Numbered from the stretch's first letter, positions 26,489 to 36,871 are shown. The stretch: 41,786 nucleotides of DNA from Spirochaetales bacterium (GCA_023131935.1 JAGLYY010000002.1:1-41786); one strand, 5' to 3'. The notes: generated by a model from the sequence alone, not told the origin. Translations and numbers: made by a program.

Positions 26489-27877
26489 TCATCGCTTAAG
26501 GGTCATCAGCTCCTGGAGCATCTGATCACTGGTTTGAATAGTCTTGCTGTTTGCCTGGAACCCGCGCTGGGTTACAATCATGTCGGTAAACTGTTCAGCA
26601 AGATCCACATTACTCATCTCCAGGGACCCGGCCAAGAACTTTCCTTTACCGGCTACACCGGCTTCGCTCACATTCGGCTCTCCTGAATTATTCGAAATCA
26701 CGTAGGTGGTTTCTCCGGCCTTTTCCAGCCCCCCGGGATTGGTAAAACTCGCCAGGGCGATCTGTCCAAGCATCCGGTTCGTACCGTTAGAGTAGACCCC
26801 GGTAATGATTCCCGACTGGTCGATCTTGTAGGTCTCAAGATATCCCATGGGGTAACCATTCTGTTTGAAAGCCTTCGTTGAATTCTTCTCAGCGTACTGA
26901 GTAATGGTATCCACCGTACTCCCAACGGTCCCTAAATTGAGGTTAAAGGTCTGACGCAGCGGGACTCCGCCGGGAAGAGCCGTGGCTTCGGGTACATCGA
27001 AAGATATGGCAAGCTGAAGCTCTCCTTCGTTGATGATATCCCCAACTTCGTCAGTCGCTGAAAGCAGGGTCCCGAGGTTATCAAACTCCACGATAAAGGT
27101 ATTAGCGGCAGCGTTGACTCCACCGATGTCTACAATGGTGTTGGTTGGGGTTTCCGCGCCGGGATTCACCGTAACGGTCCCCTGCCACTGGTTGGTTGTA
27201 CCGGGTACCCTGGTAAAATCAATACGCATTTTATGGACATTCCCAAAAGAATCATAAACCCACTTATCCATTGACCAGGTACCCTTCAGCACTTCAGCAG
27301 GCCCCGCCTCCGCGGGGATAACCTCGGTCCGTTTATCCAGGTTACAGGCAAGCCACACTTCCGAAGTCGCGGTTGCCGGATCTTTGCTGCCTACAGGGAT
27401 AATCAGATCGGTAACATCGGTTGCGGTGTTAATGATTGTCTCTCCCTCAACGGTCTCGGCCATCCATCCCCGGACACGGAGGCCGTTTGCGGGATTCACC
27501 AGAGTTCCATTCTCATCGAGACCGAAGGCCCCTGCCCGGGTATAGAACTGTTTATTCCCGGACTGAAGGACAAAAAATCCATTGCCCTGGATAGCCAAAT
27601 CGGTCATAACACCGGTGGTCTGGAGTGAGCCTTGTGTATGGATCGTATCGATGGAAGCAACGGTCATACCAAGACCTATCTGTTTCGGATTAACTCCTCC
27701 AACCTCTTCGGTGGGTCTTGCGGCTCCCTGCATGGTCTGGGAGAGCATATCCTGGAAGTTCACCCTCCCCTTTTTAAATCCAATGGTGTTAACATTCGAT
27801 ATGTTATTACCTATTACATCCATCCGGATTTGATGATTCTGAAGTCCGGAAACACCGGAATAAAGTGATCGCATCAT
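26489..27877 (-). CDS. flgE: Flagellar hook protein FlgE (spirochaete type with Lys165/Cys178)
   Basis: N-terminal [35 protein letters not shown] and C-terminal [40 protein letters not shown] rod/hook motifs. Confidence 0.95.
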   Translation of the reverse strand: MMRSLYSGVSGLQNHQIRMDVIGNNISNVNTIGFKKGRVNFQDMLSQTMQGAARPTEEVGGVNPKQIGLGMTVASIDTIHTQGSLQTTGVMTDLAIQGNGFFVLQSGNKQFYTRAGAFGLDENGTLVNPANGLRVRGWMAETVEGETIINTATDVTDLIIPVGSKDPATATSEVWLACNLDKRTEVIPAEAGPAEVLKGTWSMDKWVYDSFGNVHKMRIDFTRVPGTTNQWQGTVTVNPGAETPTNTIVDIGGVNAAANTFIVEFDNLGTLLSATDEVGDIINEGELQLAISFDVPEATALPGGVPLRQTFNLNLGTVGSTVDTITQYAEKNSTKAFKQNGYPMGYLETYKIDQSGIITGVYSNGTNRMLGQIALASFTNPGGLEKAGETTYVISNNSGEPNVSEAGVAGKGKFLAGSLEMSNVDLAEQFTDMIVTQRGFQANSKTIQTSDQMLQELMTLKR

Positions 27878-27889
27878 AGGGCTGCCTCC

Positions 27890-28324
27890 TTACTCCCTTA
27901 CCTTTTCAATATCTTCAATGTCGAAATATCTGCCATTTACCAGGACCCGGGGATATTCCCTGCCGGCTATCTCCGACACAACCCCCGAAATCACCTCTTC
28001 GCCCGAAATAATCTCTACGGTTTTACCCAGCAAACTGAATGCCTGCCCGCTCTTTAAGATCCCTGAGAGTTTCGTAAACTCGGCTCCCATATTTGTCATC
28101 TGCTCGAGAGTCGAAAACTGGGCCATCTGGGCGATAAATTCCTTATCTTCCATCGGCTGGGTAGGGTCCTGATGGGCAAGCTGGGTAATCAGGATCTTCA
28201 GGAAGTCGTCCTTATCCATAACCTGCTTTGCCACCCGGCCATTTCCAAGGGCCGCATTAAATGCGTCCACCTGCACCTGTACCCTTGCTTTATCCTGAAC
28301 TGCCATGGTTGAACTAAAATCCAT
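27890..28324 (-). CDS. flgD: Flagellar hook capping/assembly protein FlgD
   Basis: ...DKDDFLKILITQLAHQDPTQPMEDKEFIAQMAQFSTLEQM... is the FlgD signature. Confidence 0.93.
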   Translation of the reverse strand: MDFSSTMAVQDKARVQVQVDAFNAALGNGRVAKQVMDKDDFLKILITQLAHQDPTQPMEDKEFIAQMAQFSTLEQMTNMGAEFTKLSGILKSGQAFSLLGKTVEIISGEEVISGVVSEIAGREYPRVLVNGRYFDIEDIEKVRE

Positions 28325-28339
28325 ATATTCCTTCCTTAA

Positions 28340-29722
28340 CTACACAACCAGATTTATGAGCCTGAAATCCTGATCCGCCGGCATAAGCAGGGGAATTTGC
28401 TCCTCGAGCTGTTCAATGGCTCTTATGGTTTTCACTGTACGGAAGTTTTCGTTATCTCTCTTCCCGCCGCCATTGCTCCCAACGGAAACATCCAGGCCGC
28501 CGGTGCTGAAACCCTGCTCCCTGAAGGAACGCTCCAGGTCAGCGAGATTCCGCTCGAAAACTTCCCTTACACTATTATTGTCGACGATAATCCGCCCGGC
28601 TATATGGTTATCCTGAAGATGTATGCGTATTCTAACGGTTCCCAGACGCTCAGGTTTCAGGATAAGGCGAATTTCCCCGCTATCCTGGTCCTTAAGGATG
28701 ATTGAGGACTGTTTGACAATTTCTCCGTTCATTTTGCTGCGTAATTCATGAAGCAGTCCCGCGCCGTCAGCCCTCGTTGGTACTAAAGGAATGTCCTTTG
28801 GGGTATCAGTTCCGGATATTTCAAACTGAATAAGTCTTACATCCCCCCGGGGGCCCACTTCCCGGTTGAATTCATGAGTGTTCCCTTCGCTTGCCCCGTT
28901 AAGGGTTGGGGAGTCCTTTCTGTTGAGGATACCGATTCCAGCATTACTTTTCAGGTTGGAAGAAGCGGAGTTCTTCTCCGTACGCAGATCTACAACAGTA
29001 AGGTGGTTCTTCGCTTTTTTTCCAGCTAACTTCCCCCGGGAAACCACTTTTTCACCACCCGCACCGGCCCCATCTTCCTTTGAAAGGGGAAGACCCAACC
29101 GGGCAACACCAGTAAAACCAATCTGCTGGTTCAGTATGTCTCCGGATCCATTCCCGATTTTCTTCTGCTTTTCTGAAGGCAGTTCCCAGCTCATCTCCTT
29201 CGATTTCAAAGGAAATTCGCCTCTTTTAAGAAACATGTCAGAGAGATCCTGCCCGGTAAGTTCAACGGGAAGGTCTGTAGCCGGATTTGAGGCATCTTTG
29301 AGCAGCACAGCAGTAGATAGGATATCTTCAAGGGAATTTATCTTTTTCGATTTATTTTTTCCGGCGCCGTGGAAAGGTTTTACTCTCTCTTCACTTTTCT
29401 CTTCAGCTTTGGAGGATGATTTTAAAACCATGCGGTCTTCCCGGAAAGAGTGATCTTTTAGATCTTTAAGAGAGTTGGCCCTGGTTCCCTCTTCCACTGC
29501 TTGCAGCTCCCCGTAGTCTTCTTGCTGCCTTTTACCCTCTGATCCGATCTCAGTATTGAACGGCTTTCGTAATGTCTCGCTTTCAACCCTGTCCAATACC
29601 TGCTGGAATCCGCCAGCAAAGGTGTTGCTTTCCTGGTAGTCCAGGATAGGCTGCTTTGAGAACATTTCAATAAATCCAGGGTCCTGAGCTCCCACGCTCA
29701 GGGCGGTCTGTATCAGACCCAA
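28340..29722 (-). CDS. fliK: Flagellar hook-length control protein FliK
   Basis: Divergent N-terminal region. C-terminal Flg_hook domain GEIRLILKPERLGTVRIRIHLQDNHIAGRIIVDNNSVREVFERNLADLERSFREQGF. TTG start with GGGAGG 6 nt upstream. Confidence 0.85.
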   Translation of the reverse strand: MGLIQTALSVGAQDPGFIEMFSKQPILDYQESNTFAGGFQQVLDRVESETLRKPFNTEIGSEGKRQQEDYGELQAVEEGTRANSLKDLKDHSFREDRMVLKSSSKAEEKSEERVKPFHGAGKNKSKKINSLEDILSTAVLLKDASNPATDLPVELTGQDLSDMFLKRGEFPLKSKEMSWELPSEKQKKIGNGSGDILNQQIGFTGVARLGLPLSKEDGAGAGGEKVVSRGKLAGKKAKNHLTVVDLRTEKNSASSNLKSNAGIGILNRKDSPTLNGASEGNTHEFNREVGPRGDVRLIQFEISGTDTPKDIPLVPTRADGAGLLHELRSKMNGEIVKQSSIILKDQDSGEIRLILKPERLGTVRIRIHLQDNHIAGRIIVDNNSVREVFERNLADLERSFREQGFSTGGLDVSVGSNGGGKRDNENFRTVKTIRAIEQLEEQIPLLMPADQDFRLINLVV

Positions 29723-29806
29723 TTTGTACCTCCCTTACTTCTCCCTGGCGGCTATCCTAAAGGTTAGGAAAGACCTCGGAAGAGCCCGCAAGAGGACCTG
29801 CCGCGG

Positions 29807-30439
29807 TCAGCCGCCAGCGGCCGCCGGTTTTTTTAACATCTTTCGGTTCACCGTTGCCGCCCTTTCAGCAGGCATGAGTGACAACCAATAGGAGGTGATC
29901 GAATCCTCTCCCGCTTCCAAAGCGATACTGTCGGTGATCCGCAGAATATCGATCACATCCTGGTCATCCATCTCGATGAGCCTTTCAATTGCTTTATCCG
30001 GAGGCATACCAACCAGATACTGGCTGATCTTTCTCAGGTTTACATTTCTATTTTCGTATTCTCTTACCCGATTGTTAAACGTTTTTTCTTGTTCTTCGAG
30101 AGTCATCTCCCTTTCCTCCAGCGTTTCGATAATCTGGTGTATTTCACCCTCTTTTTGGAGGATTTCAGCCTCTCTCGTGTCCAGTTCCTGCTCCCGCAGG
30201 TCCATGGCCTCCTGAAGTTTGGACAGCCTCTCCTTTTCAAGGAGAGCAACATCTTCTATATCCTCGATCTCTTTCGGGGTCCCAAGACCCATAAGCGAAA
30301 AGAGAGGACTAAAGGTCTCCTTTATGTTGAGGAGACCGAGAAAATCAAACCAGATAAGCCCTCCAAGGCCCAGTACCACTACAAGAAGCAGCAGCACGAG
30401 AATCCGGGAGCCTGTCGCTACCGCGCCGTACCGTGCCAT
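29807..30439 (-). CDS. flbB: FlbB/YlxF-type protein (MgtE_N-like domain; position of the Borrelia collar protein FlbB)
   Basis: N-terminal TM helix, a coiled coil, and the C-terminal ...PPDKAIERLIEMDDQDVIDILRI... segment. Its position between fliJ and fliK matches Borrelia flbB and B. subtilis ylxF. Confidence 0.7.
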   Translation of the reverse strand: MARYGAVATGSRILVLLLLVVVLGLGGLIWFDFLGLLNIKETFSPLFSLMGLGTPKEIEDIEDVALLEKERLSKLQEAMDLREQELDTREAEILQKEGEIHQIIETLEEREMTLEEQEKTFNNRVREYENRNVNLRKISQYLVGMPPDKAIERLIEMDDQDVIDILRITDSIALEAGEDSITSYWLSLMPAERAATVNRKMLKKPAAAGG

Positions 30440-30440
30440 T

Positions 30441-30881
30441 TTATCCCTCCGCCATTTTCCGGACCGCCTGAGCTCCGGCTAAATCATCTAATATCTTCAT
30501 ATCTTCCCTGTTCTGTTCACGCCTGTATTGCTGTTCCCGTTTTTCCTTAAGCGAATCGAGGATCTTCCTGTCCCGGCTTGCCTCGAGGAATTTTTCCTGG
30601 ACCTTCTGCCGCTCTTTCTGTTTCTGTTCCAGTTTTACGGTAAGTTCCTCAATTTCTATCAAGAGCCGCGTAATATATTGTTCCACGGCAGCCCGGTAGG
30701 CTTGATCCACGGCTACCCCGGGTTTTGTCCTTACCCTGGAAATTTCTTCCCGCCTGTGAGTGATTTCATTCTCGATTGTCAGGCATTCCCCGGTTATCTT
30801 TCCGAGTTTCATCTCCCATTGCCGCTCCTTGTGGGCCCGGAGATCGAGAATACGCTGCATTCTGAAATGGAATTTTTTCAC
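30441..30881 (-). CDS. fliJ: Flagellar export chaperone/stalk protein FliJ
   Basis: 146-aa coiled-coil protein, FHFRMQRILDLRAHKE..., overlapping the fliI stop. Confidence 0.85.
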   Translation of the reverse strand: MKKFHFRMQRILDLRAHKERQWEMKLGKITGECLTIENEITHRREEISRVRTKPGVAVDQAYRAAVEQYITRLLIEIEELTVKLEQKQKERQKVQEKFLEASRDRKILDSLKEKREQQYRREQNREDMKILDDLAGAQAVRKMAEG

Positions 30882-32197
30882 GGCATCCCTACCCCTGAAA
30901 TTTCTCCCAGCCTTGCAAGGGTATCCTGTAACTCCGCTTTTTCATCTACCCGCTGCCGGAGGAAAGCATTTATATCATCCATCTTTTCAATCGCTTCATC
31001 GATGAGCACATTGCTGCCTCTCGCGTAAGCACCAACATTGATAAGGTCCTCCGCTTCGTCATAGGCAGCGAGAAGCTGCCGTATCTTACCCGCGGCGGCT
31101 TGCGCTTCGGGGGATGTTACTTTTGGTCCGAGACGGGAAAGAGAGGCAAGAACATCAACCGCCGGGTAATGATACCGGTGGGCAAGACGACGGGACAGAA
31201 CAATATGGCCGTCGAGGATTCCCCGGGCAGTGTCGGAAACCGGTTCATCCAGATCATCCCCCTCTACGAGGATTGTGTAGAAACCTGTAATGGTCCCATT
31301 TTCTGAAGTTCCACACCGCTCAAGAAGTTTCGGCATCGTTGAAAAAACCGATGGTGTATACCCCCTGGTCGCGGGAGGTTCACCCATAGCCAGTCCGATT
31401 TCACGCTGGGCCCTGGCAAACCGGGTAATTGAATCAAAAAGGAACATTACATCTTTTCCCTGTTCCCGAAAGTATTCAGCGATGCTCGTCGCGATATAAG
31501 CCCCTTTAAGCCTCGCCAGAGGAGGGGTATCAGAGGAGGAGACAACAATAATCGATCGTTTCAGCCCCTCTTCGCCAAGATCATTTTCTATGAACTCCCG
31601 GACCTCCCTGCCCCGTTCTCCGATGAGAGCAATGACATTTATATCGGCACTGGTATTCCTGGCAATCATCCCTAACAGGATAGACTTCCCAATCCCGCTT
31701 CCGGAAAAAATCCCGAGACGCTGCCCCTTGCCGGCGGGGGTAAGGGCGTCAATGGAGCGGATTCCTGTAATGATCTGTTCATCTATTCTTTTTCTTGTGA
31801 GGACCGCGGGGGGCTCATTGGTGACAGGATAGATATCGATTGCTCCGATGGCCGGACCGTCATCAAGCGGACGTCCCATACTATCCAGGACCCGACCGAG
31901 AAGCTTTTCCGAAACCGGTATCTGCAGAGGACCGCCGGTAGCAACAACGGTACAACCCGGCTCAATCCCCTCCATGTCGTCAAAGGGCATAAGCTGGGCT
32001 GTCTTGTCGCGAAAACCCACAACTTCAGCGAATACAACTCCCCGCCCTCTTGGAACGAGGATCTTGCAGAGCTCGCCCACTACAACCGGCGGTCCTGAGC
32101 TTTCAATAATAAGACCCTGGACTTTTTTCACCTTGCCGGTGTATTTAATTGGATCGGTCCTTTCGAGGACCGCGGTATACTTTCCAAACAGTTCCAT
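30878..32197 (-). CDS. fliI: Flagellum-specific ATPase FliI
   Basis: Walker A GIFSGSGIGKSILLGMI, Walker B DVMFLFDSITR, and F1-ATPase beta-like overall sequence. Confidence 0.96.
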   Translation of the reverse strand: MELFGKYTAVLERTDPIKYTGKVKKVQGLIIESSGPPVVVGELCKILVPRGRGVVFAEVVGFRDKTAQLMPFDDMEGIEPGCTVVATGGPLQIPVSEKLLGRVLDSMGRPLDDGPAIGAIDIYPVTNEPPAVLTRKRIDEQIITGIRSIDALTPAGKGQRLGIFSGSGIGKSILLGMIARNTSADINVIALIGERGREVREFIENDLGEEGLKRSIIVVSSSDTPPLARLKGAYIATSIAEYFREQGKDVMFLFDSITRFARAQREIGLAMGEPPATRGYTPSVFSTMPKLLERCGTSENGTITGFYTILVEGDDLDEPVSDTARGILDGHIVLSRRLAHRYHYPAVDVLASLSRLGPKVTSPEAQAAAGKIRQLLAAYDEAEDLINVGAYARGSNVLIDEAIEKMDDINAFLRQRVDEKAELQDTLARLGEISGVGMP

Positions 32198-32236
32198 ATT
32201 CCCCTCCCGTTTAAAACTGTTTCTTTAAACCGGCTA

Positions 32237-33142
32237 TCACTCTCCTTTCATTTTAATTGGTGATATCTCAATTATCTTTTCTTCAATTTCTTTGAACTGA
32301 CTGGAGATCCTTGCGTCTATCTGACCAAAATCGGTTTCAATGATACAGCCCCCGCGATCAACGGTGGAATCCTCAAGAACGGTAAGAGAGCGTACGTTTT
32401 CCACCATCCGCATGAAGTCTTTCACATGGTCTGATGTCAGTTCAACATCCTCCAGGTTTACCCTGATAACTACATCTCCCCGGCTCTTCAATTTCCGGAG
32501 AGCCTGGATTACATTGTTTACCACAACATTCTTCTGGTTTTCAGAAATTACTTTAATAACTTTCTTGGAAATCAGAAGGACGAGGTTAATGAGCTGAGTT
32601 TCCGATTCCTGGATTATTTCATTCCGCTTTTCGATGGCTTTGCTGATAATGGAATGAAGATGATCGATAAGCCGCTGAACTTCCTTTTCACCGCTTTCAA
32701 ACCCCTCTTTCATCCCCTTCTCTATCCCTTCCTGGTGAGCGTTTTTCCGGATCGTATCCACTTCGTTTGCCGCTCGTTCCCGCTCCTCTTCAGCCTTTTT
32801 TCGAGCTTCTTCGAGGATTCTTTTAGATTCATCCCCGGTTTCCTGTTTCTCTTTCTGAATCCGGGCGGTTTTCTCCCGGACTTCCCGGAAGGCAGTTTCT
32901 TCAGCATCCTTGACAATTCTCTCAGCCTCCGCCTTCGACTCCTCGATCATCCGCGCCTTCTCAGTTTCCCAGCTCTCCTTAAAGGCTTCCGCTTCCCGGC
33001 GAAAATCATCGGCTGTAGGACCGGTGTACTCTTCAACGACCTCTTCGATCTCCGGCTCTTCGGGAGCCTCAAAGGGAGTTTCAATGTGGACCCTGCTCGT
33101 GAGGTTTACAACCTCCTGGGGTCTGAAGACATTTTTTGCCAA
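32237..33142 (-). CDS. fliH: Flagellar export protein FliH
   Basis: E/K-rich coiled-coil centre and a C-terminal FliH domain (...VVIRVNLEDV...DRGGCIIETDFGQIDARISSQFKEIEEKI). Confidence 0.88.
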   Translation of the reverse strand: MAKNVFRPQEVVNLTSRVHIETPFEAPEEPEIEEVVEEYTGPTADDFRREAEAFKESWETEKARMIEESKAEAERIVKDAEETAFREVREKTARIQKEKQETGDESKRILEEARKKAEEERERAANEVDTIRKNAHQEGIEKGMKEGFESGEKEVQRLIDHLHSIISKAIEKRNEIIQESETQLINLVLLISKKVIKVISENQKNVVVNNVIQALRKLKSRGDVVIRVNLEDVELTSDHVKDFMRMVENVRSLTVLEDSTVDRGGCIIETDFGQIDARISSQFKEIEEKIIEISPIKMKGE

Positions 33143-33168
33143 ATCCTCATCCTCCTAAGGGTCAAACC

Positions 33169-34221
33169 CTAAACAACCATCTCATCTTCACCGGAACGGG
33201 CTACAACGATTTCGCCCTGATCTTCGAGCTTCCTGATGATGGCTACGATCTTCTGCTGAGTTTCCTCAACATCCTTCAGCCTTATCGGACCCATATACTC
33301 CATCTCCTCCTTCAGGAGGCTGGCTGCACGTTTGGACATATTCCGGAAAATTTTATCCTGCACCTCTGCTTCCACACCACGAAGGGCCTTCGCGAGCTCC
33401 GCGGTATCCACTTCCCGAAGGACCTTTTGAATTGCCCGGTCATCCAGAAGAACAATGTCCTCGAATACAAACATCCGCTTCTTGATCTCTTCAGCCAATT
33501 CCGGGTCCTCCTCTTCGAGGGATTCAATGATGATTTTTTCTGTTGACCTGTCTACAAGGTTCAGGATCTCAACGATGTTTTCAACACCGCCGGCTGCGGT
33601 GTAATCTTCACTTGAGAGGGTGGAAAGTTTCTTCTCCAGGACCCGCTCAACCTCCCTGAGGACTTCCGGACTTGTCCGGTCCATGGTCGCGATCCGTTTC
33701 GCGACATCCGACTGGATCTCGTGGGGAAGACTGCCGAGGATGATCGATGCTTTCTGGGGTTCAAGATAGGCAAGAATAAGAGCAATGGTCTGGGGATGCT
33801 CTTGTTGAATAAAGTTCAGGAGATGGGTAGGATCGGTTCGTCGAATAAAATCGAAAGGACGGACCTGAAGGCTCGAGGTGAGCCTGTTTATGATATCCAC
33901 CGCCTTCTGGGAACCGAGAGATTTTTCAAGGAGTTCCCTGGCATAATCGATACCACCGGAGGTGATGAAATCCTGAGCCATCATGAGTTCTTTGAACTCC
34001 ATGAGGACCCTGTCTCTATCGTCCGGTTCGACATTATCAAGACGTGCTATCTCAAAGGTGAGGGCTTCGATCTCATCCTCCCGAAGGTGCTTGAAAATCT
34101 CCGACGAGATCTCTGACCCAAGGGTAACCAGGAAGATCGCGGCCTTCTGCCGTCCTGTTAATTCCTTCTTATGAAGAATCTTCTTCGTACCGCCGCCGGC
34201 GGCCTGTGGTTTCTTGGCCAT
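33169..34221 (-). CDS. fliG: Flagellar motor switch protein FliG
   Basis: LTGRQKAAIFLVTLG..., EHPQTIALILAYL, and the C-terminal torque helix region ...RNMSKRAASLLKEEMEYMGPIRLKDVEETQQKIV. I place the start at MAKKPQ (34221, with GAGGAG 7 nt upstream) rather than the ORF-track 34236. Confidence 0.95.
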   Translation of the reverse strand: MAKKPQAAGGGTKKILHKKELTGRQKAAIFLVTLGSEISSEIFKHLREDEIEALTFEIARLDNVEPDDRDRVLMEFKELMMAQDFITSGGIDYARELLEKSLGSQKAVDIINRLTSSLQVRPFDFIRRTDPTHLLNFIQQEHPQTIALILAYLEPQKASIILGSLPHEIQSDVAKRIATMDRTSPEVLREVERVLEKKLSTLSSEDYTAAGGVENIVEILNLVDRSTEKIIIESLEEEDPELAEEIKKRMFVFEDIVLLDDRAIQKVLREVDTAELAKALRGVEAEVQDKIFRNMSKRAASLLKEEMEYMGPIRLKDVEETQQKIVAIIRKLEDQGEIVVARSGEDEMVV

Positions 34222-34225
34222 CAAA

Positions 34226-35935
34226 CTACTCCTCAATGAGCCAGGTACGGATTAACTGGGCAACATCTTCGGGATGTTCCCTGGCCATATTAATGGCGTT
34301 CTCCTGCATCTCAAGACGAGCCCGTTCTTCCACTGACATTTGGACCTCAAGCCCCTCCTCTTCGGCGCTCCGGAGAGCTGCCTCACGCATGGCCTGGTGC
34401 TGTCTGGAGAGTTCCTCCTCCCGGAGTCGTCTCCTCCGCTCCATCTCCCTGGAAATAAGGCGGAAAACTACAAAGGCAATAACGATTACACCAACCGCGA
34501 TGAGGGAGTAGAGAATCGTCTGTTGGACCCTCTTCTGGCTCCGGTACTTTCCGTCCTCTGACTTGAACTTTTCGGTATGGTCAAACTGCATATGCTGGAC
34601 CGTTACCGAATCCCCCCGGGTCCTGCTGAAACCGATGGCATGTTCAACGAGGGTTTTCGCTTTCTTCAGTTCCTCATCATCTACCGGGGAGTACTCCCTT
34701 GCAAGCGCGCCGCCGGGATCAAACTGCAGAGCTCCTTTTTCATCATACACGAGATTCCAGATACCGTCGATGGCTATACCAATGGTGATTCTCTTTATCA
34801 TCCCTCCGGCGGTTTCTTCGTTAATAATCCTGGTATTTACCTCTTCATTCTGCATTACAGATTTATCAGAATATTCTCCATACTGACCATCCAGGTCCTT
34901 GTAAGCGGGGGGAGTCTGTCCCTCCTGTCCCGGAGGTCCCTCAGGATTGAAACCGGTTCCCTTGAAATAGATATCTGTAGTTTCGAAACTCCGGGTGATG
35001 GAGGGAGCCACTTCGGTTTCATCATACGGGGTCTTGGGATTATCCGCGATCATGGTAATGGGAAAATGCTCTTCGGTTTCCACAACCTTGCTGTCAAAAT
35101 CCATCTCAATATCAACATTTAAAATTGACACTCTGTCTTGAGTAAATATCCTTGAGAGCTCCTCCATTATTGTCTTCTTATAGATCAACTCAACATTACG
35201 CTTTATTTTCTGCTGCCGCTTGATTAACTCCTGCTTATCAAAATCAATAAGATCAGCGAAATCGTTGAGCTGAATCCCCTGGTGATCGGTGATAACGATG
35301 TTTTCATCTGAAAGTCCCTCTACCGCGAGCTTTACCAACCTGACGAGTCCTTCGATCTTCTTCCGGTTTGTGGTAAAACCGGAGCCGGGACGGGGGAAAA
35401 TAATTACAGAAGCGGTGGTGGGGTTCTGGTCCTCGGTAAAGAGGGCCCTTTCAGGTATCACGAGAGACACTTCGGCGTCGTCTATATCATCGAGGGCCTT
35501 AATATGCAATTCAAGACTCTTCCGGATTGCCTCCCGGAGATTCACATCCCGTTCAAAATCGGTAAGGGTCCACCGGTCCATCTGAAACATGGCGAAAGGG
35601 GAGGTCCCTGGGGGAATGAGATCTTCCCGGGCAAGGATCCCTATCATCCGCTGGGCCGTTTTCCGGTCCTTAACGTAGATAATACCTTCGGACGAGATGG
35701 AATGTTCTACCCCCTCCTCATTAAGACGGAAGGAAATTTCATTCCTCGCCTCTTCATCGGTAACAGGCGATGTTAACAACGGTACCATGCTCGGGGTCGA
35801 GCTGAAGGTAACGAGTAATACAATTCCAACAATGACGGCAATAACTATTACCGTTAAAATAACTTTTTGAACCGCCGTCCACTTCTTCCAAAGAGTAGAC
35901 AGCTGCTCTCTCATACGTTTGAGCCAATCGTTCAT
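34226..35935 (-). CDS. fliF: Flagellar MS-ring protein FliF
   Basis: 569 aa with N- and C-terminal TM helices and YscJ/FliF ring-building motifs. The C-terminal FliG-binding tail ends ...VAQLIRTWLIEE. Confidence 0.95.
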   Translation of the reverse strand: MNDWLKRMREQLSTLWKKWTAVQKVILTVIVIAVIVGIVLLVTFSSTPSMVPLLTSPVTDEEARNEISFRLNEEGVEHSISSEGIIYVKDRKTAQRMIGILAREDLIPPGTSPFAMFQMDRWTLTDFERDVNLREAIRKSLELHIKALDDIDDAEVSLVIPERALFTEDQNPTTASVIIFPRPGSGFTTNRKKIEGLVRLVKLAVEGLSDENIVITDHQGIQLNDFADLIDFDKQELIKRQQKIKRNVELIYKKTIMEELSRIFTQDRVSILNVDIEMDFDSKVVETEEHFPITMIADNPKTPYDETEVAPSITRSFETTDIYFKGTGFNPEGPPGQEGQTPPAYKDLDGQYGEYSDKSVMQNEEVNTRIINEETAGGMIKRITIGIAIDGIWNLVYDEKGALQFDPGGALAREYSPVDDEELKKAKTLVEHAIGFSRTRGDSVTVQHMQFDHTEKFKSEDGKYRSQKRVQQTILYSLIAVGVIVIAFVVFRLISREMERRRRLREEELSRQHQAMREAALRSAEEEGLEVQMSVEERARLEMQENAINMAREHPEDVAQLIRTWLIEE

Positions 35936-36034
35936 TTCCCCTCCCGTTTAAATGAACATCATTTTTTCCATCCTCCGGTATTACCCGGATGGTTTATCTC
36001 TACCCACCGGATAACCGGGGTTTATAATATCTCT

Positions 36035-36361
36035 TTACCGCAGGTTGATGATCTCCCTGTAGGCTTTCAGGGCGCCATCAAGAACCGATTTCGTTATCGA
36101 AACCGCTAAGTTTGCTTTTGCCATGGTGATTGTTACATCATGGGCATCCACCTCATCGGGGTGGGTTATCATCAATTCAGCAAGGCGAGTACTGTCCTGC
36201 TGAATATTATTAACTTCGTTAAAGGCATCGAGCAGGACATTTGAAAAACTCTTCCCCTCTTCGCCAAAGACTTTTTCGACACTGCCGGATATATGATTCG
36301 AATGGGTCCGATTGAGGCTTATGAGATGCCCCTGTACCTGATTCGCTTGAAAAAAGTTCAT
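36035..36361 (-). CDS. fliE: Flagellar hook-basal body protein FliE
   Basis: 108 aa, ...FSNVLLDAFNEVNNIQQDS...DVTITMAKANLAVSITKSVLDGALKAYREIINLR. Confidence 0.9.
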   Translation of the reverse strand: MNFFQANQVQGHLISLNRTHSNHISGSVEKVFGEEGKSFSNVLLDAFNEVNNIQQDSTRLAELMITHPDEVDAHDVTITMAKANLAVSITKSVLDGALKAYREIINLR

Positions 36362-36399
36362 ATTCTTCCTCCCTCTGTCCTATTCACTTTGTTCATCCC

Positions 36400-36858
36400 C
36401 TATCTTCCAATCTCAAGAGCCCGGTTAAACATACTCTTTGAACCGTTTACCAGAGCGACATTAGCCTCGTATGAGCGTGACGCGCTCATCATATCGACCA
36501 TTTCGTTTACCACATTCACGTTGGGCATCTCAACATAACCCTTTCTGGGGCCCGATTGAATTGCGTCCGGGTGGGTCGGATCGTAGACAAGTCTGGGTTT
36601 TTGGTCCATATCTTTTTGCACCGAAACAACCCGTACACCCCTGCCAACTCCATTGTCCAGGGCCGCGGGGAGAAAGGGGGAACGGTAATAGGGTTGTGAA
36701 ACCCGCGGCCGGAATATTACCCGGCTCCTCCGGAATGGACCTCCTTCCGGGGTCCTTGTTGTATCCACATTAGCTATGTTATTGGCAATAACATCCAGAC
36801 GGAGTCTCTGAGCACTCAAGCCTGTAGCCGCTGTGTTAATTGAAGAAAACAATCCCAT
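36400..36858 (-). CDS. flgC: Flagellar proximal rod protein FlgC
   Basis: MGLFSSINTAATGLSAQRLRLDVIANNIANVDTTRTPEGGPFRR... and C-terminal VNVVNEMVDMMSASRSYEANV. Confidence 0.95.
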   Translation of the reverse strand: MGLFSSINTAATGLSAQRLRLDVIANNIANVDTTRTPEGGPFRRSRVIFRPRVSQPYYRSPFLPAALDNGVGRGVRVVSVQKDMDQKPRLVYDPTHPDAIQSGPRKGYVEMPNVNVVNEMVDMMSASRSYEANVALVNGSKSMFNRALEIGR

Positions 36859-36871
36859 TTACCGGAACCTC

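Noticed and set aside
35960-36034. Imperfect inverted repeats (ccggttatccggtgg / ccatccgggtaataccgg on the minus strand) in the 99-nt fliE-fliF spacer, considered as an attenuator or terminator.
   Set aside because: The stem is interrupted by bulges and is followed by an A-run rather than a U-run on the transcript. It is not distinguishable from chance.
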